From NCBI GenBank assembly GCA_910585905.1, contig CAJUID010000013.1:807-64806 (forward strand): a DNA stretch of 64,000 nt, given 5' to 3'. The notes under the pieces were generated by a model, which had not been told where the DNA came from, did no database searches, and saw nothing but the letters and a program-made list of their open reading frames with translations. This DNA comes from an uncultured Lachnospiraceae bacterium (GTDB lineage: Bacteria; Bacillota; Clostridia; Lachnospirales; Lachnospiraceae). Positions within the stretch are counted from its first letter, which is position 1; every line of letters starts with the position of its first letter. The position numbers were made by a program, and so were the translations under genes. Of this stretch, positions 36,532 to 46,591 are shown piece after piece.

Positions 36532-38108
36532 ATCCCCTTTTTTCGGGCAATCATTTCATCAATTCTATCAATATAATCTGTAATGCTTTTTACATTCTCT
36601 ATCCGGCTAACAATCTTCTTTTCCTTATGGTACTTTTTCGTAGATGCCCCCGCTCCAACTGCCACGATGGTCTGCATTTCCTCCATAATTAAAATATTAT
36701 ATAGGCATTCACTGCCCTTTTTCGCATATCCAATATTTTCCTGGCCAGAACTGCCAAAATGACCGGCAGAATTCTTCTGACGGTACATATAATAAGGCAG
36801 ATATCCCCTGCTTTTTGCAAACTGCTGTGACAGCGCAAGCATTTTCTCCATTTTGCCTTCAATTATCCGTTCCTGCTCCAGAAAATTTCCACCCTCTTCA
36901 AGCAGACTGCGCAGCTTTGAAGCTCTTTTCACAACAAGTGAGTGAACTGTAATGCTATCTGGAGCCAGCTCCCCTGCCTGCCGAAGCGTATCCTCAAAAT
37001 CCTCTGGTGTCTCTCCAGGCAGGCCAATAATAAAATCCATATTAATGTTTGTAAAACCAGCCTCCCTCGCCTGCAGAAACGCTCTTTTTACATCTTCCAC
37101 AGTGTGCTGCCGCCCAATCACTTCCAATGTTCGCTGCTGCATTGTCTGTGGATTTACCGATATCCGCTCTACGCCATACTTTCTAAGCACTTTGAGCTTT
37201 TCCCGTGTAATGCTGTCTGGCCTGCCAGCCTCCACAGTAAACTCAAGGCTCCGACTTATCGAAAAAAGCTCATAGAGGCAAAATAGCAGCTCATCTAACT
37301 GGCTCGCTGTCAAGGCCGTAGGGGTTCCCCCACCCATATAAATACTGGTAAGCGGATGGTCTCTGCACTGCTCTGCCACAGCAGCCATCTCTTTTTTTAA
37401 CGCTTCTAAATATCGGCCTGCCAAATGCCCAAACTGCCCAAATGGATAGGAAGGAAAGGAGCAATACAGGCAAGTTGTTGGGCAGAATGGAATGCCAATA
37501 TACAGGCTATATCCATTCTCAAAGTCAACCATCTGTAATAGATTTGCCTCCCGCATTGCAATATCAAGGCAAAGCTCTTTCTTTTCTCTCTCACAGCAGT
37601 ACCATCGCTCTAACAATTCCGCTGTCTCTTCCCTGCTTCTTCCCTGCATCAGCTCATGCATCGGGATTTTCGTCGGGCGAACTCCCGTCATCGTCCCCCA
37701 CGCCGGAATTCTTTTTACTACTCCATCTGGCAAAAATTGTTCCGGCAGGTCCCTAAGCGATTCAAATAACAGACGTTTGCATTCATTTTTATAATATGTT
37801 CTATATGGATGAGCCGACTTGTCTTTATGCTTATGCCAGTCACCTTCTCCAGACACTGTTACCGTCTGCTGCCTTATGCTGCTGTCTTCCTTAGATAACA
37901 AAGATACCGCAATATCTTTTTTTCCAAAACAAATCCCAACTAAAAAATCACAGTCCGTTCTCTTCAGAAATTCCTGCAGTATCTTTTCTGTCTCAAAAGC
38001 ATATCCCTCTTCTACAGCCACCCGACATCTCTGACCTGGAAAAAAACTGGCCACCAATGCTTGTATCTCATAGTCAAAATCAAGTTCTGACAAAACTATA
38101 TCTATCAT
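36522..38108 (-). CDS. hemZ: Coproporphyrinogen dehydrogenase HemZ-like radical SAM protein
   Basis: CPTTCLYCSF radical SAM motif, a HemN-like core and a long N-terminal extension typical of HemZ. Confidence 0.75.
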   Translation of the reverse strand: MIDIVLSELDFDYEIQALVASFFPGQRCRVAVEEGYAFETEKILQEFLKRTDCDFLVGICFGKKDIAVSLLSKEDSSIRQQTVTVSGEGDWHKHKDKSAHPYRTYYKNECKRLLFESLRDLPEQFLPDGVVKRIPAWGTMTGVRPTKIPMHELMQGRSREETAELLERWYCCEREKKELCLDIAMREANLLQMVDFENGYSLYIGIPFCPTTCLYCSFPSYPFGQFGHLAGRYLEALKKEMAAVAEQCRDHPLTSIYMGGGTPTALTASQLDELLFCLYELFSISRSLEFTVEAGRPDSITREKLKVLRKYGVERISVNPQTMQQRTLEVIGRQHTVEDVKRAFLQAREAGFTNINMDFIIGLPGETPEDFEDTLRQAGELAPDSITVHSLVVKRASKLRSLLEEGGNFLEQERIIEGKMEKMLALSQQFAKSRGYLPYYMYRQKNSAGHFGSSGQENIGYAKKGSECLYNILIMEEMQTIVAVGAGASTKKYHKEKKIVSRIENVKSITDYIDRIDEMIARKKGIWS

Positions 38109-38119
38109 AATTGCACCTT

Positions 38120-38767
38120 TTACTCCGCGGCAAACAGATTATACATCTTTTCATTTTCGATAGATGTCATAGGACCATGTCCTGGATAAACCTGTACTGC
38201 GGGCGGCAGCACAAAAAGCTTTTCCCTAATAGACCGAATCAACGTACTCATACTTCCAGTCGGAAAGTCCGTCCTTCCAACAGATTCCTGAAACAAAGTA
38301 TCCCCAGAAAACAAAACCCCTGCCTTCTTAAAATAATAACACATGCCGCCTTTTGTATGTCCCGGCGTCAAAATGCACACAACCTCCTGCCCAAGCAATT
38401 TAACTGTGTCCCCATCCTTAAGCTGACAGTCCGCTTCCAGAGAAACCGGGCTGCTCATCTGTGCCGATAGATTTATCCTTGCATCGCCCAAAATCTCTCT
38501 CTCATCCTCCGCCGCATAAACTGGAATATCAAAAGCTGCCTTAATCTCCCCAACTGCCATAATATGGTCAAAATGCCCGTGTGTTAAAAGAATTGCCGCT
38601 GGCTTTAATTCTTTTCGCTCAATCACCGCCAGCAGCTTCCCTGCATCATCCCCCGGATCAACAATAACGCACTCCCCTGACTCTTTATCACTATATATAT
38701 AGCAATTTGTCTGAACTGCTCCTACAACATAAATATCACATGCAAAACGTCCCATTTTATCCCCCAT
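38120..38767 (-). CDS. MBL-fold metallo-hydrolase (glyoxalase II-like)
   Basis: THGHFDH metal motif, with downstream TPGHT and GD ligands. Confidence 0.85.
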   Translation of the reverse strand: MGDKMGRFACDIYVVGAVQTNCYIYSDKESGECVIVDPGDDAGKLLAVIERKELKPAAILLTHGHFDHIMAVGEIKAAFDIPVYAAEDEREILGDARINLSAQMSSPVSLEADCQLKDGDTVKLLGQEVVCILTPGHTKGGMCYYFKKAGVLFSGDTLFQESVGRTDFPTGSMSTLIRSIREKLFVLPPAVQVYPGHGPMTSIENEKMYNLFAAE

Positions 38768-38768
38768 T

Positions 38769-41087
38769 CTATGATTGTGTCCTCTCTATATCCTTAACGC
38801 CCTCTACCTGCAAAAGCTTTTTAGTCAGATTTTGAAGCTCTTCCACACTTCGGATTGCAAACCCCATATTTATTGTTGCAATCTCCTGCTTTCCAGAACG
38901 GCTATTAACCGACTTCACATCAATCTTATTTTCAGCGAAGACTTTCGTTATATCCATTAAAATCCCCATCCTATCGTAAGCATAAATAACAATCTCGGCA
39001 TCATACAGCTCAACTTCCCTGCCCTCTGTATTTGTCTCCCACTCCGCCTCAATAATGCGCTTTCTGTCCTGATCTGAAAGATTCATCATATTGACACAAT
39101 CTGACCTGTGGATTGACACACCGCGTCCTCTTGTTACAAACCCGATAATCTCATCCCCCGGCACCGGGCTGCAGCATTTAGAAAACCTTACTGACACATC
39201 ATTAATCCCTGCAACCACAATACCACTCTTTGACTTGATCGCTGCCATACGGGAAGAAGCGGCATTTACCGACTTATTCATTCCATTTAAGGCTTCTAAT
39301 ATATCTTTGTCTGTTGTATACGCAGGATTTTGCTTACGGTAGGCATCCTGCAGTTTGTTAATAACCTGCCCCTCTTTTAACCCACCATGGCCGATTGCCG
39401 CAAGCACAGATTCCCAATCACGAAATCCATATTTCCGCATGCAGGCAGACATATAATCAGTCTTTAATAGGTCCGACATCACAATTCCCTGAGTCTTGCA
39501 GTAAGCAGCTAGAAGTTCTTTTCCACGGACAATATTTTCTTCCTTAAACTCAGAGCGGAACCACTGGTTAATTTTATTCTTTGCCTGCGTACTCTTTACA
39601 ATAGAGAGCCAATCCCTGCTCGGCCCCTTTGAATTCTGGGAAGTAATAATCTCCACCCTGTCACCATTCTGAATCCGATAATCATTGGTTACAAGATTTC
39701 CATTTACCCTGGCACCCGCCATTTTATTTCCAACCGCACTGTGAACCGCATAAGCAAAATCAATCGGTGTGGAACCTGCCGGAAGATTTTTAACATCCCC
39801 ATCCTTTGTAAAACAATATACCTGGTCTGAAAAAAGGTCTAAATCATTCTTTAACAGACTTAAAAATTCTTTATTATCGGACATATCCCTCTGCCACTCC
39901 AAAATGTGGCGAAGCCATGCCAGTTTTTCTTCCTCGCTGTCTGCGCTGTTAGTTCCATACTGGTTCTCTTTATACTTCCAATGAGCTGCAATACCATACT
40001 CCGCAGTGCGGTGCATCTCATATGTCCGTATCTGGATTTCAAACGGCTGCCCCTGCGGTCCAATCAATGTCGTATGCAGGGACTGGTAATTATTTAGCTT
40101 TGGCATTGCAATGTAATCTTTAAACCTTCCGGGTATTGGCTTATAAATCTCATGAATCACACCAAGTGCCGTATAACAGTCGCGCTCAGTATCCACAATA
40201 ATCCGGATTGCAAATAAATCATATATCTGCTCCAGCCTCTTATCCTGCGTCACCATCTTCTTATAGATACTAAAATAGTGCTTTACTCTCCCATCAATAG
40301 TAGCCTCAATCCCAGCCTCACTAATATGATGGCGCACCTCTGATATAATATTGCTGATAAACTCCTCCCGGTGCATTTTCCCCTGCTCTAACCTCTGTGT
40401 CAGTTCTTCATACCTCTCTGGCTCCAGATACCGGAATGCCAAATCATCTAACTCTACTTTAACCTTAGAAATCCCCAGCCTATCAGCAATCGGGGCATAA
40501 ATATCCATTGTCTCCCTGGATTTTTCCTTTTGCTTTTTTGGCGTCTGGTACTGCATAGTACGCTGGTTGTGAAGCCTGTCGGCAAGTTTGATCAAAATAA
40601 CGCGAATATCCTTTGCCATTGCAAGAAACATTTTTCGGAGATTTTCTGCCTGCACTTCTACCTTGTCTGTCTGATAATTCAACTGTGTCAGCTTTGTTAC
40701 ACCATCCACCAAAAGAGCCACTTCATCGCTAAACTCCTCTGCAATCTCCTCACTTGTCATAACGGTATCTTCTACTACATCGTGTAGCATACCTGCAACA
40801 ATCGTCTCTTTATCAAGCTCCAACTCAGCCAAAATAATGCTGACACAGACCGGATGGATAATATATGGTTCCCCTGACTTGCGCAACTGGCCCTCATGCG
40901 CCTTATATGCTATTTTATACGCCTTCTCAATCAAATGGATATCGTCTGATGGATGATACCTCTTAACCATATCAATCAACATCTGATACAACTCTTCCGG
41001 TTTCGTAAAATCAGAAGGAACCATACTTGTCGCCAACTCGCCATTATCAATTTTAACATTCAATTCTTCTTTTGACCGTTCTTCCAT
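38769..41087 (-). CDS. relA: Bifunctional (p)ppGpp synthetase/hydrolase RelA/SpoT
   Basis: HD hydrolase domain (HPVCVS, LHDVVED), synthetase domain (YQSLHTT, EIQIRT), and TGS and ACT domains. Start chosen at MEERSKE, which has a GGAGG RBS. Confidence 0.92.
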   Translation of the reverse strand: MEERSKEELNVKIDNGELATSMVPSDFTKPEELYQMLIDMVKRYHPSDDIHLIEKAYKIAYKAHEGQLRKSGEPYIIHPVCVSIILAELELDKETIVAGMLHDVVEDTVMTSEEIAEEFSDEVALLVDGVTKLTQLNYQTDKVEVQAENLRKMFLAMAKDIRVILIKLADRLHNQRTMQYQTPKKQKEKSRETMDIYAPIADRLGISKVKVELDDLAFRYLEPERYEELTQRLEQGKMHREEFISNIISEVRHHISEAGIEATIDGRVKHYFSIYKKMVTQDKRLEQIYDLFAIRIIVDTERDCYTALGVIHEIYKPIPGRFKDYIAMPKLNNYQSLHTTLIGPQGQPFEIQIRTYEMHRTAEYGIAAHWKYKENQYGTNSADSEEEKLAWLRHILEWQRDMSDNKEFLSLLKNDLDLFSDQVYCFTKDGDVKNLPAGSTPIDFAYAVHSAVGNKMAGARVNGNLVTNDYRIQNGDRVEIITSQNSKGPSRDWLSIVKSTQAKNKINQWFRSEFKEENIVRGKELLAAYCKTQGIVMSDLLKTDYMSACMRKYGFRDWESVLAAIGHGGLKEGQVINKLQDAYRKQNPAYTTDKDILEALNGMNKSVNAASSRMAAIKSKSGIVVAGINDVSVRFSKCCSPVPGDEIIGFVTRGRGVSIHRSDCVNMMNLSDQDRKRIIEAEWETNTEGREVELYDAEIVIYAYDRMGILMDITKVFAENKIDVKSVNSRSGKQEIATINMGFAIRSVEELQNLTKKLLQVEGVKDIERTQS

Positions 41088-41140
41088 AAGCTGCCTCCAT
41101 CCTGCGTCGTAATCCCACAGTTCCAAAATTAATGCTGTCC

Positions 41141-42172
41141 CTATTGAATCGTATAGGAATAGGACCAAGCTGCCTTAATCTGGCTAAGAACTGTATCCAT
41201 ATCCCATTTCTTTTCCGAACGCGAAATATTATTCGGGTCATTCAGCATAAGCTTTCCATCCTCCGTTATCCCACAGAGCACAATAAAATGGCCTGTGTCC
41301 GTAAAATCTCCCGGCTTCATACTGCAGATTACCGGCTGGCCGCTGTCTAACTTTTCTTTTATAGATTCCTTCCCAATAGAAATCTTCTCTGCATCCAGCC
41401 CAAGTTTCTTTGCCCCGTTAAGCATCAAAGACCATGCCGTACCGGAATCTTCTGTATAATAATTATTTTCAAGGCAGAAATCAGCGATCACCGCCGGGTC
41501 TTTGTCTGTATTGCCAGTCAATCCGGTGTAGACCATTGACATACAGGTTGGCCCGCAGCCATTAATTGCTATTATATTACTGCCGTATTTTAAATATCCC
41601 CACCGCTTATCCCACTGCTGGAATAATGGAATGGAACCCGTCAGCTCCTCCCCGGTAATCCCCCCGCTCTTCTCCTCATCATCCACATGCATCAGATAAT
41701 CGCTGACAAACGAAAGCGTCTCTGTGTTATTGGACAAAAGAGTAAGAAGTTCTACCGGATATTTCCCAAGGTTAATTAGAATATCATTAATCTCTGGATT
41801 CTCCTCGCGCATTCCATATAATTTATCATAGACTCCCTGATATCCGTTTGGAACATCCACAACAAGCGGCGTTACCTTTGGTTCTTCTGTGGCATCTGCC
41901 TTTTTCCCGCTATCCCCTTTTATTGGTCCAGTCATCTTCCCAATTCCATAAAAGATAAAGAATACCAGTATCACTCCAACCAAAGCCACAATAGTGCGGG
42001 CAATCATCACCTGGCGCCTACGTTTGCGCATCCTGATCCTTTTTCTAAGATACCTGCGATATGCCAATTCTTCTTCCGGTGTCCGATTTTCCAAAATAAT
42101 TTTCCCCTTTTCTCTCTCTAAATCCATATCATGATGCCAGGGCCAAAAACAGATAGTAAGGCACGCTTGCAC
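41141..42172 (-). CDS. Membrane-anchored C39-like (papain-fold) cysteine peptidase domain protein; start uncertain
   Basis: Basic N-terminus, one TM helix, and a C-terminal domain containing NGCGPTCMSMVY (catalytic Cys context) and GHFIVL. Confidence 0.6.
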   Translation of the reverse strand: MQACLTICFWPWHHDMDLEREKGKIILENRTPEEELAYRRYLRKRIRMRKRRRQVMIARTIVALVGVILVFFIFYGIGKMTGPIKGDSGKKADATEEPKVTPLVVDVPNGYQGVYDKLYGMREENPEINDILINLGKYPVELLTLLSNNTETLSFVSDYLMHVDDEEKSGGITGEELTGSIPLFQQWDKRWGYLKYGSNIIAINGCGPTCMSMVYTGLTGNTDKDPAVIADFCLENNYYTEDSGTAWSLMLNGAKKLGLDAEKISIGKESIKEKLDSGQPVICSMKPGDFTDTGHFIVLCGITEDGKLMLNDPNNISRSEKKWDMDTVLSQIKAAWSYSYTIQ

Positions 42173-42213
42173 AATCCTTTATCACCCCAACATCTTACCT
42201 GTCAATATAAATC

Positions 42214-42396
42214 TTACATGTCCATCTCCATCAAATCCCGCATCAAACTGTCAAACTCTTCCATTGAAAGCTTGTCCTCCTCAAAATCGTCCGTAATTAA
42301 CTCCTCTAACTCATCCCATTCATACTGACTCTTGCCTAACTTCAATGCAGCCAGTTCCCTCTGATATTTCTCAAAAGCTTTCATCACAGCCCCCAT
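42214..42396 (-). CDS. Small acidic hypothetical protein
   Basis: 60-aa ORF, strongly acidic (Asp and Glu make up about one third of residues) and helical-looking. No motif recognised. Confidence 0.4.
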   Translation of the reverse strand: MGAVMKAFEKYQRELAALKLGKSQYEWDELEELITDDFEEDKLSMEEFDSLMRDLMEMDM

Positions 42397-42612
42397 TTCT
42401 CTTGCTTATATCATGAAAAAGCCTATGGCTTTTTGTTGGCAGCCGCCATATTATTAACAGCGTTTCCTATTCGTTAAAAAGCGCACTAATTGCGCGGTGC
42501 GTTTGCACACCACCCACACCATAAAAACTTTCTCATTACGCAAAAAATCTTCTATATATAATAAATCATAGAAGATTTCCCGTCAACTTATATTACTGCC
42601 CAAAAATTCTCT

Positions 42613-44367
42613 TTATTCGGCTAAAATATTTTTGATAAATTCTACAATACGTTCTGTAGAGTGCCCATCCAGACTGTCCAAAAAATATCCGCAAAATTCC
42701 TGAAGCTTTTCGTCGGAGCCCACAAAATCCCTTTCTATCAATTCTGGAACCGCTTCGATAAGCTCCTCAAAGGTATCAGCCTGCTTTCCAGGTATAAAGG
42801 ACGCAAAATCAAAATAGATATCCCTCCCATTAACATATTCTTCCAAATCAAAGACATAGAACAACATTGGAATCTTTAAAAGAGCTGCCTCAAAAATGCT
42901 AGAACTATAATCTGTAATCAATAGATCTGTTACAAATAACACGTCATTTATATTCTCCCTGCCAGACAAATCAATCACCCTACCAGAATATTGTTCATGA
43001 AAAGAAAAAGAATTTCTTACAAAAGGATGATTTTTTATAATTAAAACAACATCCTCCGGCATCCGTTCTAAAAATTTGTCTACTGAAAAACGTTCTTCTG
43101 GATAATATGCCCTCTTTTTCCCGCTGCCGCGGAAAGTCGGTGCAAACAAAACTACTCTCTTGCCCTGAAGCATCGGATATCTCTTAAATAATTCAGCCCG
43201 CATCTTATCCTTATAACCTTTGTCAAAAAAAATATCTGTCCTTGGAACTCCAAGCGGCAGCACTTGGCTTGGTGCAATACCAAATGCCTCACTATAAAAT
43301 GGCACCATATGCGTTCCACTCACAAATGCAAAAGAATAATTCCTATGGTTTTTTGTACCCTGTCCAAGGTTGTTTACCTTGCCAATATCTGAGAGGCCAA
43401 ACATCTTAAAAGCCCCACAAGCATGCCAGAGCTGCAGAAGTTTTGTTTCTTTGCGCAAAGAAAGCGCGTGAATCTGGGGATAAAAATCCTCCAACACAAT
43501 CACTTTTGCTCCAGCAGCAAGTCTTGCTGCCCTGCGCAGTTCCGAAAATGGAAGTTTATGTACCGACCTAGTATCTATAAACTCATCCCATTTCTGACCA
43601 GAAGATTGTATACCCCTGCGAATCAAATCCAGATTTCCACCTTGGTCTGCCTCCCTCTCCGATAAAAAGAAAACCCCTTCTGGAACCGCAATTTTCCGAC
43701 AGGCTCTTTGGTACTTCCTTGCAAAATAACCTGTTTTAATCTCCCGCATACTGTACCCATAACCTGTCAAATGCTTTACAATCCCCTGTGCATGATAGAA
43801 GATTGCTTTTTTCCCCTTAATTTCTTCATCTACATACTCAGACTTTTTCCACCCCTTAACCACAAACCACCCATCAATCAACCAGAGGGGCAGCAATAGC
43901 GTGCATACGACATAAGCCACCCTTTTCGCAAATTTCCCTACAACCAAATTCCTTCTATCTTGATAGAGAAAAAAGGCGCCCGGAAGCTCCATTCTTTCTT
44001 GAAAGCCTGTCCATACACCTGATACATCGCAATATTCAAACTCTACTATTACCGACTTCCCCTCCCATTCTCTGGGAAGCTGATAAAAAATATCTCTGAG
44101 GCTGATGCCTTGTTCTATCTTAAAATCTGCTGCCTGGCCACTGACCTTACTAATAGCTTCTATTGGAAACCGCCGCACAAACCTGCCTGCCTGAAATACT
44201 GCGGCAATCCTCAATTTATGGTTTGCACCTCCACGCATTGCCCTACCTTCGGCACACAAATTTAATACCCCTGCTTCATCAATCTCATGCTTTGTAATGT
44301 GAAAAATATCATCCATTTTTGCCGTTTCCTTTCCAGATTTGCCATATTCTGGGCTTATTGTGTCCAC
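42613..44367 (-). CDS. CDP-glycerol:poly(glycerophosphate) glycerophosphotransferase family protein (TagB/TagF-like) with long N-terminal extension
   Basis: The C-terminal 370 aa have TagF-family signatures (QLWHACGAFKMFG, APTFRG, HPF, TDYSS). Confidence 0.8.
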   Translation of the reverse strand: MDTISPEYGKSGKETAKMDDIFHITKHEIDEAGVLNLCAEGRAMRGGANHKLRIAAVFQAGRFVRRFPIEAISKVSGQAADFKIEQGISLRDIFYQLPREWEGKSVIVEFEYCDVSGVWTGFQERMELPGAFFLYQDRRNLVVGKFAKRVAYVVCTLLLPLWLIDGWFVVKGWKKSEYVDEEIKGKKAIFYHAQGIVKHLTGYGYSMREIKTGYFARKYQRACRKIAVPEGVFFLSEREADQGGNLDLIRRGIQSSGQKWDEFIDTRSVHKLPFSELRRAARLAAGAKVIVLEDFYPQIHALSLRKETKLLQLWHACGAFKMFGLSDIGKVNNLGQGTKNHRNYSFAFVSGTHMVPFYSEAFGIAPSQVLPLGVPRTDIFFDKGYKDKMRAELFKRYPMLQGKRVVLFAPTFRGSGKKRAYYPEERFSVDKFLERMPEDVVLIIKNHPFVRNSFSFHEQYSGRVIDLSGRENINDVLFVTDLLITDYSSSIFEAALLKIPMLFYVFDLEEYVNGRDIYFDFASFIPGKQADTFEELIEAVPELIERDFVGSDEKLQEFCGYFLDSLDGHSTERIVEFIKNILAE

Positions 44368-44417
44368 CCTCTAAGGAACGAATAACAGTTCCTTAGATAG
44401 GCTGCCACATGTTTTCG

Positions 44418-46415
44418 CTAATCTGTAATGGATTTTGTCTTAAACGCACACACTCGGTCCATTCGCTTAACTGCTGTCGAAAAAGCAGCCGATTCAAAAC
44501 TAACATACAAATAATTTCCGCTAATCGCAATCTCTTCATTCATTGTCGGCATTTCAACTGTCTTCTGCAGCGCCCCAATGGTAATGACCCCATCTGATAA
44601 TTTTGATAAATCTGGTTTATAGACATCTAAAACATGCAGAAAACCGCGTTTACTAGAATCTGTCTGGCAGGAACGAGATAATATCAACCTTCCATTATTT
44701 GTAAACTCAATTCCCTGAACTCTTGTAGGAATTCTTGTCAAGGCATACTGTTCTAGCGAAGGAGTTCCCTTCTTATCCTTAATTGTATATGCCCCAAGAT
44801 ATCCCGATTTTAATTCATCGTATGACCCTATCCAGAGTTTGTTTTTATAGTATGTCAGAGTAGAAGCCGCATGTGTCAATTCACATGTAACCTTAAACAC
44901 GGCCTGATACGTCTTATTATCCGCATCAATTGCCTTTTCAATCTCGGAAAACGGTATTGCATGCACTTTCTTTGACTGTGTCACCCAAATATTATATCCA
45001 TCATATGTGATTCCACCTGCATGTGTCTTGTTAGGAAGCGCAACTGTTAAGATTAATTTCTTTCCAGTCTTATCCATAACATAGAGCGCCGAATTTTCCT
45101 CCTGTTTCCTGTCATAGGCCGATAAAATCATATATGATTTGGCAAATGTAAGCCCCTGAGGACACATATTACTACTGTAGAACCCATCTACATTTGTACC
45201 AGAAATTCCAGGAATTACATACGTTTTAGAATAATTTACCTTCTTTTTGAAATCGGGACATTTCTGATATGCAGCCGAACTTGTAAATCCCTTTTTGTTT
45301 TTAAACAATTTCGGTGAAGTAACAGTAGACTTCTGTTTCTGCACTTTTGCTTTCTTCGCATCAGAAATTGAACTCTTATATTCCTTATCATTTAGAGTCC
45401 GGTATGCTTCCACTTTATATTGCGAATACGTACCATTTTTCAGATTCAGATGGATATAGGACGTGCTGCTCTTTCCTACAAGTGTAGAAAGATACTGATA
45501 TTCCTTCCCATCATACCAGTACAGATAGTAGCCTGTTGCACCAGTAACTGCCTCCCACGAAATCCTTGCTTTCTTCTCCCCTCCCTTAACCTTTACAATA
45601 GGCTTTGCAGGAAGTGTCGTTGTCTTAACTACTGTACTGAATGAGCCTGCATTTTCTTCCACAAAATAATACGCGCATATTTTATATCGGTATGTCTTGC
45701 CAGAACTAAGGCCACTGTCTATATATGCGGCCTCATCTGAAGTGCCTGCCAATACATAGGATTCATTTGGCGCTGCACGGTAAATCCCGTACCCATCAGC
45801 CCCATTTACCTCTTTCCATTTTAACTCAATACTTGTTGCCGTATTTTTTTCCACGGCAGCTTCTTTTACTTTTCCAGGCTTTGTATATGTCTCCAGCAAT
45901 TCCGAAAACTCACCCTGAATCCCATTCTTTTCATCAAAAACACGAACCGCAAAATAATACTTCTTTGCCGCTTTCAGCCCAGTACAAGTGTAGGATGCTT
46001 CCTGCGTACTGCCAAGCGAATCATACCGCTCTTCTTCCATATCGTACTGATAAATATAATAACTTGCCCCCTCTGGAACGTTACCAATCCACCCCAACGT
46101 AATAGAAGTCGTTGTATTATCAAGCATCTGCAGTTCCGATATCTGTAATAAATCTGCCGGATTCTGCGTTGGTTCTGGGCTTTCTGACGCATCACCATCG
46201 CCTCCTGGAACTGCGCTTGCCTGTGTGCTGTCCCCACCAGTATCCGGCACCGCACTCGCCTGAACACTATCATCCGATACTTCTGCTGCAGCCTTATCGC
46301 CCTCCGCCGCACTGACATATCCAGCGGTCCCCAAACCGCCGCTAAAAATTCCGATCATCATTGCAACTGCCACTACACAGGCAATTCTCCTTCTTTTCCC
46401 TCTTGCAAAATACAT
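44418..46415 (-). CDS. Secreted protein with three FN3-like repeats and a C-terminal domain of unknown function (about 300 aa)
   Basis: Signal/TM N-terminus (start chosen at MYFARGK, GAGGG RBS). Repeated FN3-like modules follow (TSITLGW..YYIYQY, TSIELKW..YGIYRA, ARISWE..YYLYWY). The C-terminal domain is unrecognised. Confidence 0.65.
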   Translation of the reverse strand: MYFARGKRRRIACVVAVAMMIGIFSGGLGTAGYVSAAEGDKAAAEVSDDSVQASAVPDTGGDSTQASAVPGGDGDASESPEPTQNPADLLQISELQMLDNTTTSITLGWIGNVPEGASYYIYQYDMEEERYDSLGSTQEASYTCTGLKAAKKYYFAVRVFDEKNGIQGEFSELLETYTKPGKVKEAAVEKNTATSIELKWKEVNGADGYGIYRAAPNESYVLAGTSDEAAYIDSGLSSGKTYRYKICAYYFVEENAGSFSTVVKTTTLPAKPIVKVKGGEKKARISWEAVTGATGYYLYWYDGKEYQYLSTLVGKSSTSYIHLNLKNGTYSQYKVEAYRTLNDKEYKSSISDAKKAKVQKQKSTVTSPKLFKNKKGFTSSAAYQKCPDFKKKVNYSKTYVIPGISGTNVDGFYSSNMCPQGLTFAKSYMILSAYDRKQEENSALYVMDKTGKKLILTVALPNKTHAGGITYDGYNIWVTQSKKVHAIPFSEIEKAIDADNKTYQAVFKVTCELTHAASTLTYYKNKLWIGSYDELKSGYLGAYTIKDKKGTPSLEQYALTRIPTRVQGIEFTNNGRLILSRSCQTDSSKRGFLHVLDVYKPDLSKLSDGVITIGALQKTVEMPTMNEEIAISGNYLYVSFESAAFSTAVKRMDRVCAFKTKSITD

Positions 46416-46591
46416 AATACCCTCATTTCTGCGCCGTTTACTACATCTGGGCAGTTGTGTGCCTGACAGCGCACAGACACGCAACTGCAGTGTGAAATTC
46501 ATTCTCCAGCAGCTTACTGCCGAGTATTTGGCATGTTCACACCCTCCCTATATTCCTTTCTATAATCTGCCGCATTACCAAACGCCAGACA

